The notes beneath the pieces were generated by a model. That model was not told the origin of the DNA. It saw only the letters and a list, made by a program, of their open reading frames with translations, and did not search any database. Positions 37,162 to 55,090 of a DNA stretch of 64,000 nt are shown piece after piece. A program made the position numbers and the translations under genes. Positions within the stretch are counted from its first letter, which is position 1; the number at the start of each line of letters is the position of its first letter. Source of the stretch: Proteromonas lacertae (taxonomy: Eukaryota); NCBI GenBank assembly GCA_002245135.1, contig NGBS01000015.1, positions 62,001 through 126,000 on the forward strand, read 5' to 3'.

Positions 37162-39489
37162 ATGTTTTCCTTGAAATCTCTGCTTGAAAGTAAGATATAT
37201 TCAATCTTACCATCTGATACCCAAGTATTTTTATGAATTTATATTTTGTAGATAAAAGATAGAAGAAAGAAGAGTAATACTGAAGTAGATTTGGTAGTAG
37301 AACATAATAGTGATGTTAAGATGATGAGAGTGTTGAATGTATGTGGGATAAAAGAAAAAAAGATATTGAAATTCGATGAGAGTAACAAATTGTTGTTAGA
37401 TAGTTGTTTACCCTTCATATATCATTCAAAAATGTTTTATATGAAATATAGCAGTGAATATGTAATAATATATCGAGATTATTATTTGTGTGATTTAGAA
37501 GAATTAATTCAGAGTAAGTCACTTTCAAGCTTTGATATTAGTAATATGATATGTTCTATATGCAGTATTTTAATGATATTGAATGAATATAATTTAGTGG
37601 TTAGTAATTTAAAGAGTAGTAACATAATATATGAAAGTGAAGGTGAAATAAAGTTATGTGATTTATTTTTGAACAAATTAAGAAAATTTGAAGATATGGG
37701 AATATATGACGTGTGTTTTAAAAGCCCTGAAGAATTGAATGGATTAGAAAGTAATGATGGAAGTGTGATATGGTCAATTGGTTGTATATTATATGAAATG
37801 ATAAACAAGAAATTACCATTCAATGAAGATGATAATATGAATAAAACAAAAGAGAATATTCTGAGATGTAAATACAATTGTGATATAGAATGTGATATAA
37901 CAATGAAAGATGCTATAGATAGAATATTGAAAGTGAAGAGTGAAAATAGATTAAGTTTAAAAGGGTTGAGAAAAGAAATGATAAAAATGAGTGAAATATC
38001 GAGAAATAAACATAATGATTTGATGATGTGTAATGAAAGAAAAGAATTATTATGTAACAATGATTGCACACTGGAAATACCACCGCTTAATGTTATAACA
38101 GAATATTACCTACAGTATAATAAATGTGAAGTAATTCGAGATGGAATGATAAATATATACAATGACAAACCAAATGAGAGATTTCTCTCTATATTATTGA
38201 TGATGAAATTGTATAAAGGAGATGAATTAATAAAAGATAAACTGAAATTTAAAGTTTATCACAAATGTATAGAAAAAGATAAAAACTGTTATTTAGATGA
38301 AATGATATTTACTGTTTATACATACAATGACGAACAAACTATTGTAATTACTGTAAGAAGTATTTGCTTATGTGAAGAAGGTATGAATTATTTTTTCAGA
38401 ATAATGAAATTAATAAATCCAACAAAACTCAAGTTTAGTATATAATTCATGTTATTTTTTATTTATTTAATATAGATTGGCTTAATATTCCATTTCAACA
38501 TCAATCATTATTCGGATCATTCTTTAATCAGTTATTAAATCTACGAGAATTGCACTTATCAGATTGTAATCTTACTTCCCACTTCATTGAATCATTTATT
38601 GAATCAATTCCATTGATGAAATTAGAATGTGCAAATTTCCAAGGTATTTATTATATATTGTAATAAAATAGTTAATCCGATTGGTCCAAAAGGATTCAAA
38701 TTATTGCATCCATATATACATATATTAATCAACGAAGAAAATGAATTGAATTTAGTAGACATGCATTTAAATGATGAATCAATGATACTGTTATCACAAC
38801 AGTTATATAAATATCCAAATATTAAGAAAATAAATATCACTACTAACTACAACATTCATTCAAAAGGGTTGAAAGCATTATTTTCCAAATTCCCCATTTC
38901 TCAAATACAGTTTTATTTCAACGGCAGTAAAGAATTATTGGTTGATAAAGATATTCCAGAATTGATAAAATACATTCATCTAAGTAATGAACTATATCTG
39001 AGAAATATAGATATTGGAGATGAGATATTCATACCATTTATTACATTAAGATTGAATGAATTTCGAAAAATAGAGAAGTTATATTTGAGTAGTATTGATT
39101 TATATTTTGTATATTATTTTTAGATAATAGACTAACACATCGAAGTATAGAAATATTTGTAAAGAATCTATCATCATTTCCAAATTTTAAAGAGATTCAT
39201 TTAGAAGGAAATGAAATAGGAGATGAAGGAATGAGATTACTATCACCTCATTTACATTTGCTGCGTAGAGATTGTTCAAGTATTATTTCTATTATTTTGT
39301 ATTGAATAGAAATGGGATTATCTTCAACTGGATTAAAATACTTGCTTGATGGTTTAAAGACTATTCAAACAAAAAGGAATAAAAAGGTTTCAGTCAATCT
39401 AAGTAACAATAACATTGATTCAACAGGAATAGAATATTTTATGAATTATATGAAAGAAAAAGGTAATATATCTTATTTAACAATTCAAA

Positions 39490-39524
<35 letters not shown>

Positions 39525-40498
39525 CTTCTTTTTAATTTGCTTAATAGATAATCCTATTTGTAACAATGGATTTAAAATGTTGGAGAATAATCTGAACATG
39601 TTGGTAGATTATTTTGAGATGAAATTGAGTAATATATCAATAGATGATGAAAGTATTATGTTACTGGCGAATAAAATGAAGTTAATTAATCATTGTAGAA
39701 TAATAAACCTGAATGGAAATAAGATTGGGATGAATGGATTAAAATCAATTTGTTCAAAATCATTGGAAAAAAGGAAGAATCCATTCATTAAAATGAAGTG
39801 TACATCATGGACAGATGAAGAGTTGAGGTATTATTTGGATTACTGTGTTGAAAAGGAAAGTTATTATAAAGATTATGACTTTTCAAGTATAGTTCATCAA
39901 TTTATAATGAAATAGATTTAAATATTAACGATTCACTCATTCCAATTGTTAAACAGATTAATTATCAAAGGATAGATTTATCCAATAACAAAATTAGTTC
40001 TAAAGGATTGAAAGAGTTAATGGATTCTTTACCAGAGAGTTCAACGTTAATAACAATATTTAATAACCAAATAGGAGATGAAGGATTAGCAATTTTATGT
40101 ATATATTTCCATAAATTCACTGATTATTATCCAGCATTATTGAATCTTTCAGGTATATTTTATAAATATAATAATAATATCTTAATATATGTATAGACAT
40201 TGGAATGAGTGAAAAGGGTTTGAAAACGTTAATTGAAAGGCTAAAAAATTATAAGCGATTAGATAAGTTGAATCTTCAAGGAAATGAATTGGATGAAAAA
40301 GGGTTAAGATTGATAAAAGAAAACAAAGATGTGTTTTATAAACTGGAAGAATTATCAATAACTACAAAGAAAAACATAAACAAATTAGAGCTTAAGTCAT
40401 TTCTAGATGTTTTTTCTTCAATTGGAGTAATTAATCTAAATGGAATTTCAGAAGAAGAAAAGAAAGAAATTTCTAAAGATTTTTATAATGTAAAATAG
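37162..40498 (+). CDS. Pseudokinase + long RNI-like LRR protein
   Basis: Kinase fold (SPEEL, IWSIGCILYEM) with HRD replaced by VSN and DFG by DLF; many LxxNxIGDEG repeats; about 8 short introns. Confidence 0.75.
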
Positions 40499-40593
40499 AT
40501 AATGATATATTTATTGTTATTGCATTTATTGTTTGCTGATTTTGTTAAGAAAAAAGACAATGAAACGAATATATTTTTGAAACAAAATTTTAA

Positions 40594-42704
40594 ATGTCAA
40601 AATCTATCTTCCCTAATTGCAGAATATCCAGTGTATGTTGATAAATGTCTATAAATAAATGAATAGATACGAGCTGCTGAAAGGTGCATAATAGAAGACG
40701 AGTGGGACGAAGATAGTTGGAGAGAAGTGATGGAAGAGTTACCTCATCACCCTATGAATGAGGTTGAACCAATTTATGACAGAATTATACAACAGTTTCC
40801 TACTTATTCACAGATTTACATTAGTAAAATAGAACACTATCTACGGGAGAATCTACATGAACGAGCTGAAGAAGTATAATATAAAAGTATTTAATTATTA
40901 AATAGATTTTTAGAAAAGTGTTATATAGTTACCCAAATACAAATCTATGGGAGTATTACCTGAGATATAAAAATGATTGCTTAATGCCCAACAATTTCAG
41001 TCAATTATTACTCGAAGAACAAAGACAAAATGTAAAAGAGATGACTGAGTGTTATAAAGCAGCAACTGAAAGAATAGGTTTTTGTGTGAATAGTTATAAG
41101 ATATGGAAAGATTATATCGAATTTATGGAAAGACTAATGAAAATGAAATTTTATACTGAACAAGAAGGGTATTATTATTATTATTAACATCAATAGAACT
41201 GAAAAATTAAGGACAATATATGAAGATGCTATAAAGAATCCAATAAGTGATGTTGATAGTTTATGGATAAGTTATAACAAATTTGAGAAACAATATAAAG
41301 GGAAAAATGCAGAAAAGAAATTGAAAGAATTGTATCCTTATTATAAAAAAGCTTTAGCGATGTATAATAATATATAATATTTGTTTATTATGTTTTATTT
41401 TTTATTTTTTATAATAGTTATCAAAGTAAAAGAGATATATGGAATTCAATAATCACAGCAAATGTATTAGCAACTCCTCCAAGAGGAACAAAGACTGAAA
41501 GAGATCAGATATTATTATGGAGAAAAGCAATTCATTTTGAAATGTCAAATCCTCAAGATTTATCATTAGAAATTCATATATTTCGTATTAGAACTTTATA
41601 TTTACAATGTTTAATGGTATTAAGATTTCATATTGATATTTGGTATGATTTTAGTCAATTTGAAGTTTCTCATAACAATTTTGATGAAGCGGAGAATATT
41701 TTAAACAATGCTTGTGAGGTATTAAACAATTCCTTAATCATTCATTTTTATTAAGTGATTTCTTAGAAAAACATAACAAATTGAATGAAGCAAAAAATGT
41801 ATTTGAGAAATTGATCGAAAAGTATAAAGAAAATGAAGAAGAAGATAATATTGATCGATTAACACTTGTATTTGTAGAATATGAAAGATTTCTGTTAAGA
41901 ACAGAAGGTTTGAATGAAGCACGAAGATTCTTTCGTTATATAATACAAACAAGGAAGTGTGGTTCTCAATTATATATTACTACTGCCAACATGGAGTTGG
42001 AAAATACAAATAGTATTGAAATAGCAAGAAAAATATATCAACTTGGTTATACTTACTTTTCTGATGATCCAATTTACTTATTAAAGTATATATAAATTTA
42101 TATATTTATTAACGAATAGTTTTATTTCATTTTTGGAACATATAGGTGATGGAGATAATATAAAATCAATATTTGAATCTGCATTGTCAACTTTACCAGA
42201 AGATAAAGCAAAAGATATTTGGCCAAAGTATTTGGAGTTTTTATGTTGGAAAAATGCAGAAGGAATGAATTTATTAACACTTTCTCAAGTAGAAGAAAGG
42301 AGAAGTAAAGCATTGTCGAATTTAGGTGATATTTCTGGTTTATTAAACCATTTACATAGATATGAATGTCATGGAGTATATTTCATTATTATTTATATTT
42401 TGATTAGTTGCATTCAGATTCTATAACAGATATATCATTGTATGAAAGATATAACACTTTGACTGGAATAACATTAGGTAATCATACTTTAGAAGATAGA
42501 ACAATCGAATTAGAGAATCAAAGAATTTCATTTAAAGAAGCAAATACAAAGAAAAAAGAAGCAGGACCTAATCTACCTAAGTTCATATTTGATATGATTA
42601 ATAGATTGCCACAATTAGATATTAGAATGACTCCTGAAGAGATTAATGATGTGATGGAAAAACTAAGAGGAGACTTACCACCATTTCCAATAGATCAAAA
42701 CTAA
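40594..42704 (+). CDS. CSTF3: Cleavage stimulation factor 77 kDa subunit (Rna14/Suf, HAT repeats)
   Basis: YDRIIQQFPT, LWEYYLRY, IWKDYIEF, W...I.FEMSNP, IWYDFSQFE, ARKIYQLG, GDGDNIKSIFE. Confidence 0.85.
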
Positions 42705-42788
42705 TATTATTATATTCTTTTTATATTTTTTTTGTTATTTCATTAAATCAAAAAAAACATTTATAAATGAATATCAATATCGTTTAAC

Positions 42789-45689
<2,901 letters not shown>

Positions 45690-45794
45690 ATTAACCTTCT
45701 TGATTCTAATCTCATTTTTTATTTATTTGGGTTTTAAATAATTTAAAACAATACAAACACATCAATAATATAATCTAAATAATAAACAATTGAA

Positions 45795-46653
45795 TTAAGG
45801 ATTTGTTTTTAAAGACCAAAAATAAGAGATTGAAATACTAAATGCTTGTAGTATATTCAACAAACAATCTATTGTGATTAAAAATGAATGAGATTTAATT
45901 TTTCCAAATTCCATTATGATTTTATCTTCATTATCAACAACGCAGAAGTTTTTATTTGATCTTTTGTATTTTTTATTTGTGGTATAATGTAACCTATGCA
46001 TTCCACACTTACTATCATAATAAGGTATTTCAGACTGTAACATTTTGAAATTATTCGTTTTGGGGAATCTAGGGCACCATACATCAGGAATATTGTTATG
46101 TAAAGTTGGAATAGATATTGTAACACTATGATATGGAAATACAGAAATGTACTATTGCATAAATTACATAATTTCATACTTTGTGAGATATCTCCATATA
46201 ACACTGTCTATCTTCTGATAATGAACTACATGAATATTTTCCTAACTCTGTATCACATTTTTCACACATAAATGACATTAATTTATAATGATTCTTTTTA
46301 TCATTCTTCAATACAGCACAAGGTGATTGAATTTGAGAATCCGATGATTTAGAGTATTGGTAAAAATAATATGCGTTTTCTATGAATGATGCACATAATA
46401 AAGGCTGATTATTTTCACTGAGTAACATAAATGTATCATCTTCTCTATATAATTTAAGCATTATTGAATGCTCAATTCCTCTAATCATATATATTAATAT
46501 CTCTTATATATACATAACAAAACTGGTTTTAATTAGATTTTGTGATTCACCTTGTTCCATTGTTTCTGTTAGTATATTAACATTATTTTTATTGTTTTTT
46601 TCTATATCTTCATCGCTATCATCATCAGAAAAGAAATAGTCACACATATTCAT
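45795..46653 (-). CDS. Divergent Tubby C-terminal-domain protein
   Basis: SNKNFCVV, IMEFGKI, FLITI...LNILQAFSISI resemble the Tub-domain end; two introns and one 1-nt deletion at about 46058. Confidence 0.6.
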
Positions 46654-46935
46654 TTCACTTCACACGAATCAAAAGGGATGAAGAAAGAAGAATATATAAT
46701 TTAAATTGCACCTCTCGTTGTATATATAAATATCATCACAATACATTATTATGTATGTGATTAATTTAAATTGTTGTGTAATAACTTGTACTATAGACAT
46801 TATATATCATTACATGATTGTATGAATCGTGCTATTGACAAAAATGCTATTAACTGAAGGTTAACATCCTGCTCATCTCATACAATGAATTAAAATAATG
46901 AAATAGTCGTTTTTTTTAATTTTTAATTGAAAAAC

Positions 46936-49581
46936 ATGTCAAGCAAGATTTCTCCTGAAAATACAGAACCAGGTATATCTACTTGAATAAATACTATAGT
47001 GGTAAATCCAAGACTAAAAGAACTTAAAATAATCTCAAAATCTCAATCTACAAATGAACAATCGATGTTAATACCAGAAGAATATGAAGAATCACCAGTG
47101 GGTGATGCTGATGACATATTGGAGGAAAATAATTTAATTAATCCTATTGTTCGTAGAGTAGCATCTGTAGACACAATAGCATTCTCATTCTAAGAAGAAA
47201 GTTACAATCGATCCTAACGCTGAAGCAGTTTCAAGTGGCGGATCAACAGGTAGAAAGAAGCCAATGTCAACGTATCTTTATTAAATATAATAAAATAGTC
47301 GATGGAAGAAAGTAAAAGGAGCTGCAGAAGTAGTTGGATGTTTAAACGAATATAAGTATATATTATTCTAAATGATAATTAATAGAAAGGAGATATTACT
47401 ATTTGGATCATCTAAAGTAGATTTACCTCGAGAACCTCCACCACCACCACCTCGACCCAAATATATTATTGCACATGATAATAAAATCAAGATATGGTGG
47501 GATAGATTCTTAGTTGTTGTATATATTTATTTAGCTTCAGTTATGCCAGTATCAATATGTTTTTTCCGTGAAGAACCAACAGTTTATTATGTACTAAATA
47601 TCGTTATAAGTGTAATTTTCGGTATTGATGTAATTCTAACATTTTTCAAGTATTTTAATATATATATATATTATATAGAAGTTATGTAGATGTAAATAAT
47701 CAACCTGTGTATGATATGAAAAAAATTGCTATTAATTATTTAACTGGTTGGTTTATAGTTGATATAATATCAATTATCCCTTGGAGTTCTTTTTTTAGTA
47801 GCAGTGATAATAGACGATATACTCAATTATTTCGGTTATCAAAGATACTTAGAATAATTAGACTTATTAGAGTGTTTAAAATAAACCATATATTTAAATC
47901 AAAGACTAGTCTTGGAATATCTGATGTATATTATTATTATTATTATATTTTATATAGTTAATATTAATGAATCGTAATGCTGGTTTATTTAGATTATTAA
48001 AGTTTTATATGTATACAATAATTTGTATTCATATATCATCCTGTATTTGGTTTTTATTAGCACAAGCTTCATCTTTTACACCAGACGTATATATATATAT
48101 ATTATTATCTTAATATAGACATGGATCTATCGAAGATATTGTTCATCATTAATTACTGAATGTAAAGAACCAACCGATAAGAGTGAAATGATATTACCCG
48201 GTTTCTATGTATGTACAAAAGAAGAATTATTAGCTGCTGAAAATGCATGCAGTGAATATGCGTTTAGTCATAAAACTTCATTGTATTTTGATGGATTATA
48301 TTTTGCGCTTTCAACTATATTAACAGTAGGATATGGTGATATAACTGCATTTACAGATATTGAAAGAATTTTAGTAATATTTTTGATGTTTATAGGTGGT
48401 ACTTTATATTCAATTCAAATCTCTAGTCTTACTTCATTTATCTCCACTTTAGATGACAAAGAAAACATCTATCAAAAGAATTTAGATCGAATTAATACAT
48501 TTTGTAATGAAACAAATTTATCTTCTGAAGTTCGAATGAAAATGAAAAGAGATTATACTTATGCATTCAAATCTGGAACAAGTAGTGTATCAATCGCTGA
48601 AAGAGATGTATTATTACAATTAATCTCGCCAAGTATATTGTTATATAATAATTAATAGAATTACGAATGGAAGTATTATCTTATATGTGTAAACATGTAA
48701 TTGATCGAATTCCCTTCTTTCGAAATAAAGATGTAATGTTTGTAGCTAAAGCAGTCGATTTATTAAAGCCAGTAGAATATAAAAAGAATGAGTATGTAAT
48801 GAGAGAAAGTCAATACACTTGTGGAATGTTTTTTGTAGTGAAAGGAAGCGTAGTTTTATTAGCTGATGATAATTCCAAAGAATTACGAATAATAAATGAA
48901 GGAGGATTCTTTGGTGAATCAGCTGCATTTTGCCCATATAATCGATATTCAGCTAGAGCCAAAGGTAATTGTGAATTATTTGTATTAAGTCGAAGATCTA
49001 TGAAGGAAGTATTATCTGAATTCCCTCAAATGGCTCAAGAACTAAGAGATATTGCTGAGAAACGAGAGCAAAAGTTGTTTCAAGGATTGATATCTAATCA
49101 TAATAGTAATACCAATTTATCAACTGCTGGTGTTACTACTCCAGTGAGACAATCTAATAATTCTTTGAATCCAAATAATTTAAAAATGTCTGCTCCATCT
49201 CCTTCTCAAAGATTTAGAAATTTAACTCCATTAAAGAAATTATTAATAAATTCAAAATCAAAGGATAATATAGAAAATGACAGTGATAAAAATAATGAAG
49301 AAAGAGAAGGAAAATCTGAATCATATCCATCTCCACCACCACCACATCCACCTCCAAACGCTTCTTATAATTCCCCTTCTACTGAACTTAGAAAACATGT
49401 AAAATCTTTACCTAGATTACAAGCTTTACCAAGTGATTTGACTGATTCTCCGAAATTGATGAATCCAATAGATGTAAATGTAATCCAAGCTGCTATAGAC
49501 AGTTTACAAGAATTATTAAGAAGCCAATATTTTGTTGAAAGAGGTTTCACTCCTCCTCATAGTCCGTTAAATCGTAAGTAG
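46936..49581 (+). CDS. Voltage-gated K+ channel with cyclic-nucleotide-binding domain (KCNH/CNG-like)
   Basis: YLTGWFIVDIISIIP, S4 RLSKILRIIRLIR, pore TVGYGD, CNBD GGFFGE...SARAKGNCELFVL. Confidence 0.9.
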
Positions 49582-49843
49582 ATATTTATTCTAATTTATT
49601 ATTATATTATTTCATTTTACTTTTTGTTTATTCGAAATAATGCAATATATGTAATGAATTGAAGTTATGCGATTTATGCTTGAATAAGTTGAGAAAAGAA
49701 GAAGATATGAGATTATTTAAAATAGATTATTTGTATAAAAAGAAAAGAGAGAATAGAATAATATATAATATAATTTATAATTTGTTGTTTTGTTAATATT
49801 GAAAAAATAAATAAAATAAAAATAAAAATAACCTAATTATACT

Positions 49844-50970
49844 TTAAACTGTCGCTTTTGATAAATTTGAGTCAGGATTTAACATACACAAACTACTGTC
49901 TGTTAAAGAAGATAAACTAGATCTAGGATGAACAACACATGGTTTAACAAATGAATGAGAACTTCCCACTCGTTTCAACTTCAATATTGTTGAATTCACT
50001 GGTATTTGTAATAACTTTATTGAATTGGCCTTTGGTCGGATTGAAGTATATTTTCTATATACTTCACCACATTCTAAAAATATAGACATCAATTTTCGAT
50101 CATCAGTAATCATATAGTCATGGGCATATGGATGAGGTAAACAAAACAAACCAAGTTTAACCGTCTGAATACAACTTAATGGAGGTAAACTATTATATTT
50201 TATATCATATTCCATTATAAGATGCTTATGGCTCATTCTATAACTAATTGAACTGTGAACTACGAATGAAAATATTCGATCAATTATTATATCATGAATA
50301 GTTAAGAAATTATTCATCACTGAAGTCTTTTTGAATAAAAAATTACTAAAATCTCGAATATTGATATCTTCCACGGTATTACGGAATTCTTCAGGTATTT
50401 GGATCATATTGGTAAAAGACGAATTGGGCGATCCTTTCACTGAACCTGAGTTTAATTCGTAATTGAAAAAATCAATGATTTTCTTTACATAAACATGGTT
50501 TATTAAATTACTAGAGGGTAATTCTGCTAAAATTAAAATTAATTTTAATAAATTATATTGAGGTAAAAGACCAACTATAATTACAAACTGAAAAAACATG
50601 TCAAATGTAACACTGCTGTGTAAGGAGTTAAATTTATGATCATTCATCACACCTATTACATATATATTATACTTATTTACATACATATTGCTTTGAAAAG
50701 CACTTCTACTTGCTCAGAGACTGGATTTACAAAATGGTTTAATATTGTCGATATCCTTAGTGACGAACATACTCTATGGAAATAGATGATATTCCTAATA
50801 CGTTGTTTTCATTGTCTTATAGTATTCATATACACAGAACGCTTCACACTCTCTCACTATATTAATAGAATTGTAATTTAATATACAAAGCATATAACCT
50901 GCCATTTCTTCTGACTTCCTGTTCAATTCGAATGTTTGTTCAGGATCACTTAAAAAGACTTTATTCACTA
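49844..50970 (-). CDS. Hypothetical protein, distant paralog of 26019-27107 (start uncertain)
   Basis: Spliced frame leads into the 280 aa ORF; VTFDMFFQFVIIVGLLP and LFCLPHPYAHDY. Confidence 0.5.
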
Positions 50971-51112
50971 TTCCAATAAATATATAAAGAATATACTAAA
51001 TAAAATAAATATATATATAGTGTAATGTATAAACTCAGGATATAACTGAATGAAACATATATGGTTTTTGAAAATAATTTTGATTAACCATATTGAAGTT
51101 TTCATTAAAATC

Positions 51113-52590
51113 ATGTGTATGGAGGTTGTTGTTTATATTAATTATAGACCCTACAAGTCTTACAGCTATTACACAGTACCCTCAAATGCAAATGATGTCT
51201 GCCAGCCCTCAGATGTCAACTCAACTGTCTCCTCTTGATCAACAGTATATTAGTCAAGAAGATATGGGTGTATATATATTTGTTTGATGGATTATAGGAA
51301 TTATCTGAAGATATGTCCGATGAAGATATAAAATCTCTGAAGGAACGTCGAAAGGCCCTATTGAAAAAGCTGAGACCACCTAAAAGGGCTAATAGTGCGT
51401 ATGCATGTTTTAGTAGGAGTGAATACCCTCATATGAAGGAAGAATTAGGATCAGCAGCAACACAACCTGAAATTTTTACTGCAATTGCTAGAAAATGGCA
51501 TGATCTCAGTGAATATGAGAAACAACCATTTGTACTTCAAGCTGATGAAGATAAAGAGAGATATAACAAAGAAGAAGAGGAGTATAAGAAGAATAGAAGA
51601 AAATGGGAAAAGAATTTGATGTTACTGGAAGAAGTACCAAGTAATTATAATCCAAATAATTTACCATCAAATAATAACAATAATAATACAATCTCATTAA
51701 TTAAAGGTATAATAAATAAATATAATATATATAATTATAATGTATTAAAATAGCAAGTAATAAAAACATACAGAAACTCATATGCCAACATGATTATGAA
51801 AGATTATGTCACCTTATTAGTAATTCACAATAACGGAAATGTAAAAAATACAATTGATATGTTGGCTCAAACATACCGTGTTCTAACAGAAGCTGGAACA
51901 GCTGTATAATAATATATATATATATTTCTATCAATTATAGTTATTGCAACCAAAAGAAGTCCATGATGATGTATTTGTAGATGGAATGAACAACACCAAT
52001 AATGCTAACAACAATAATAATCTAATTAATGGAAATAACAATGAAAAAAATCTAATACCGTTCGATATAGGTGTAAAAAAATATAAGTGTAATTTCCACG
52101 GATGTAATCGAATATTTACATGGAAAAGCAATATGAGGGTTCATTTTCGAACTCATAATACCAGCAGGCAAAGAACATTCGTTTGTGATTTCCCAAACTG
52201 TGGTCGAGCTTTTTATGATAGACAACATTTGAAACAACATCATATTATACATACAAGATGTCCACAATCGTATGTTTGTCCTCATTTGGATTGTGGGAAA
52301 AAGTATGATACTGCTGCTGGGTTGAAATTACATATTAAATCTCATCATGAGGTATATTATGTTATATATATATTATGAATATTAAATAGATTGAAAAGAA
52401 ACATGTTTGTAATTTTCCAGATTGTGATAAAGCCTTTGTTAGACAAACTGATTTAAGAATACATCAATTAAGAGTTCATAGTGAAGAAAAACCTTATCAA
52501 TGTCTATATCCTGGTTGTTCAAAAGGATATGTTACTTTGGGTGAGTTAAGAAGACATTATTCTTCTCATACTGGTTCTCAAATAGTATGA
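51113..52590 (+). CDS. HMG-box + multiple C2H2 zinc-finger transcription factor
   Basis: PPKRANSAYACF...IARKWHDLSEYEKQPF; five C2H2 fingers (CNFHGC..H..H, CDFPNC, CPHLDC, CNFPDC, CLYPGC). The join near 51706 needs a 1-nt correction. Confidence 0.7.
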
Positions 52591-52719
52591 ATTTAATTTG
52601 ATTTGGATTAATCTCGTTTTTTAAATTATAAATATTGTTTCATTTATTATATTGTTTATGAAGCATTATTTTAATTTTTATAAATATAGTCGTTTCAATA
52701 ATACATTTTTTCTTGTTTT

Positions 52720-54208
52720 ATGCTCAGTTTATTGTTTTTTGAGAATATTGTTATTTATTTTGCAATTATTATAAACTGTAAAAATGATATAAGTATTACA
52801 AGTTCAATTGCATATCTCATGTCGTTTATTCCTTTCGTATGGTTTAATTGCATCAATAATACAAATATTGAAAAGAATGACTATTTAATACAACAATTAT
52901 TTCCATCTATACTATTAATTCCAATTCTATTTTCGATTATTCAAAGATACGAAGAAATATATGGATATGTGTTATTTTATGGATGCATTTGTATATTGTT
53001 TAGTCATATATATATTCAATCTATGAAATATCGGTTGTTACTATATTTTATATGTGTTTTATGTCAATATTTATTCTTCTCAGTTAATGTATATTATTCA
53101 TTCATTTTCATACTCAATTTTCACTTATTTTATTATTTTATCAAACAATCCAATTTAAATTTCCCATTAAATGAAATATATACTATATCATTCCTTCTAA
53201 GTTCATATTTAACATATTTGTTTTATCAATTTAATACATTTTCAATATTATTATCACCACATTTTGAGATACAATTATCACATTTCATATTTATGTTATC
53301 TTTGTTCTTATTTGTTATGATTTATTTATTGAGAAGACAAAATTGCATATACATTTATTCAATTATAATTATTTCTGTAATTGTATTTTTATTTACTTTA
53401 AGTGTGTTTTTTAACAAAGCAAATATAATTTTATATTTGATTGAAGAAGTAATAATAAAAGACAATCATGTTTATATATTATGTTATTGGTTTTCTCTAA
53501 TATTTCTAGTTATTTATGTTCATCCAACTACAGATTCAATGAAAATACAGAATATAATTGTAAGGAAGTTTTATCACATTCTAACGATAGTATTATTTGT
53601 TCCAATAATTTTAAAAGATACAAAATTCATAAGTTTATCGTTCTCAATAAGTTTAAGTTTGTTTTCATTATTAGAAATATTAAGATATGAAAATATATAT
53701 CCATTTAATTTGATCAATAATTATATAGGAAGTTATATAGATGATAGAGATAAAAATCGATTAGTTATAACTCCTATTTATTTATTATTTGGAAATAGTT
53801 TACCAATTTTCTTATCAATATTACTGTCTATTGATGATGACGATAATAATTATAAGAAAATAATTGAATTTGGAGGAATATTGACATTAGGAATAGAAGA
53901 TACTTGCGTATTATATTATATTATATATATATATATATATATAGGCTGCAATCTTTGGAGTATTGTATGGAAACCATAAGATACTTAATACAAAGAAAAG
54001 TTATGAAGGTTTAATAAGTGGATTTGTTTGTTCATTTATCTGTGGAATGATTATATTGAAGTTGTTATTGAATATGTCATTGAATGTAATGGAATTAGTA
54101 AAAGTGATAATAATATTTGCATTGAGCAGTATTTATGAAAGTGTAACATCTCAGATTGATAATTTATATCTACCATTGTTATTTATAGTCTTAGTGATGG
54201 TGATATGA
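52720..54208 (+). CDS. DOLK: Dolichol kinase (Sec59)
   Basis: Polytopic; RKFYH, DDRD...TPIYLLFGNSLP, GNHK...TKKSYEG, QIDNLYLP. Confidence 0.88.
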
Positions 54209-54293
54209 AAGAAATGGCAAAATGATTACTGTATATATTTTTTGTTTTTGTGTGTTTTTTTAAAATTAAATCAATTGAATAACTAAATATAAA

Positions 54294-54929
54294 TTAAAAT
54301 AAAGAAAAATCAACTATTCTGAAAGATTTTAACACATTACTAACCACTTCATTATTACAAATTTCATCAACTGTGATATTTTGGCTAATATTATTAACAG
54401 GCGTGTTGAATATAATCATTACATCATTAGAATATGGAATTAATCTAATAGTTACAATAAACATTAGCATAAAAGAATTTTCATTTTCATTTACTCTAAC
54501 ATCAGGTTGAATGCCTATACAATATGATAGAGGAAACTGATTACTATGATTAAATATAATAAAATACATATACTCTACATTTGGCAAATAATTATGTGGA
54601 AATATACCTTTTGCATACACTTTCGTATATTGAGATGTAGATACATTATTCACTTCAGCAATATCATAAAAACAAAATGAGGATATGTTTTCATTTGTTT
54701 GCGTAGATTCAAGACTATTACATTCAAATATCTAAATATCATATTCATAATAGCTATACAACAGAGCCATTCATATCAGAATCACCATACACTTCTTGAT
54801 TATCTGGTAGTGGCCTGATCAAACTAAAAACGCATTAAAATAGTGTATATAATACCTCACATCCATATACGTGGATGGTAAGATTGTCTTCATTGTACCA
54901 CCATACAAATCAATCTCTTTATAATTCAT
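54294..54929 (-). CDS. MOG1: Mog1 Ran guanine nucleotide release factor
   Basis: LYGGTM...LP...MDVS, IRPLPDNQEVY, IRL...DVMIIFNTP, SFRIVDFSLF. Confidence 0.82.
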
Positions 54930-55090
54930 TTTTTAATAAGAAATTACAAAAAGATTTGATTCTTAGTTTGAATTAAAATTGTCATTTATTACTGACATAA
55001 TTAAGAAATATATAGAAAACTATTATTCAAAACTAAACAAAACAACAATAAAAAGATGAAACAATATTATAGAAATAACATATTTGTTGT

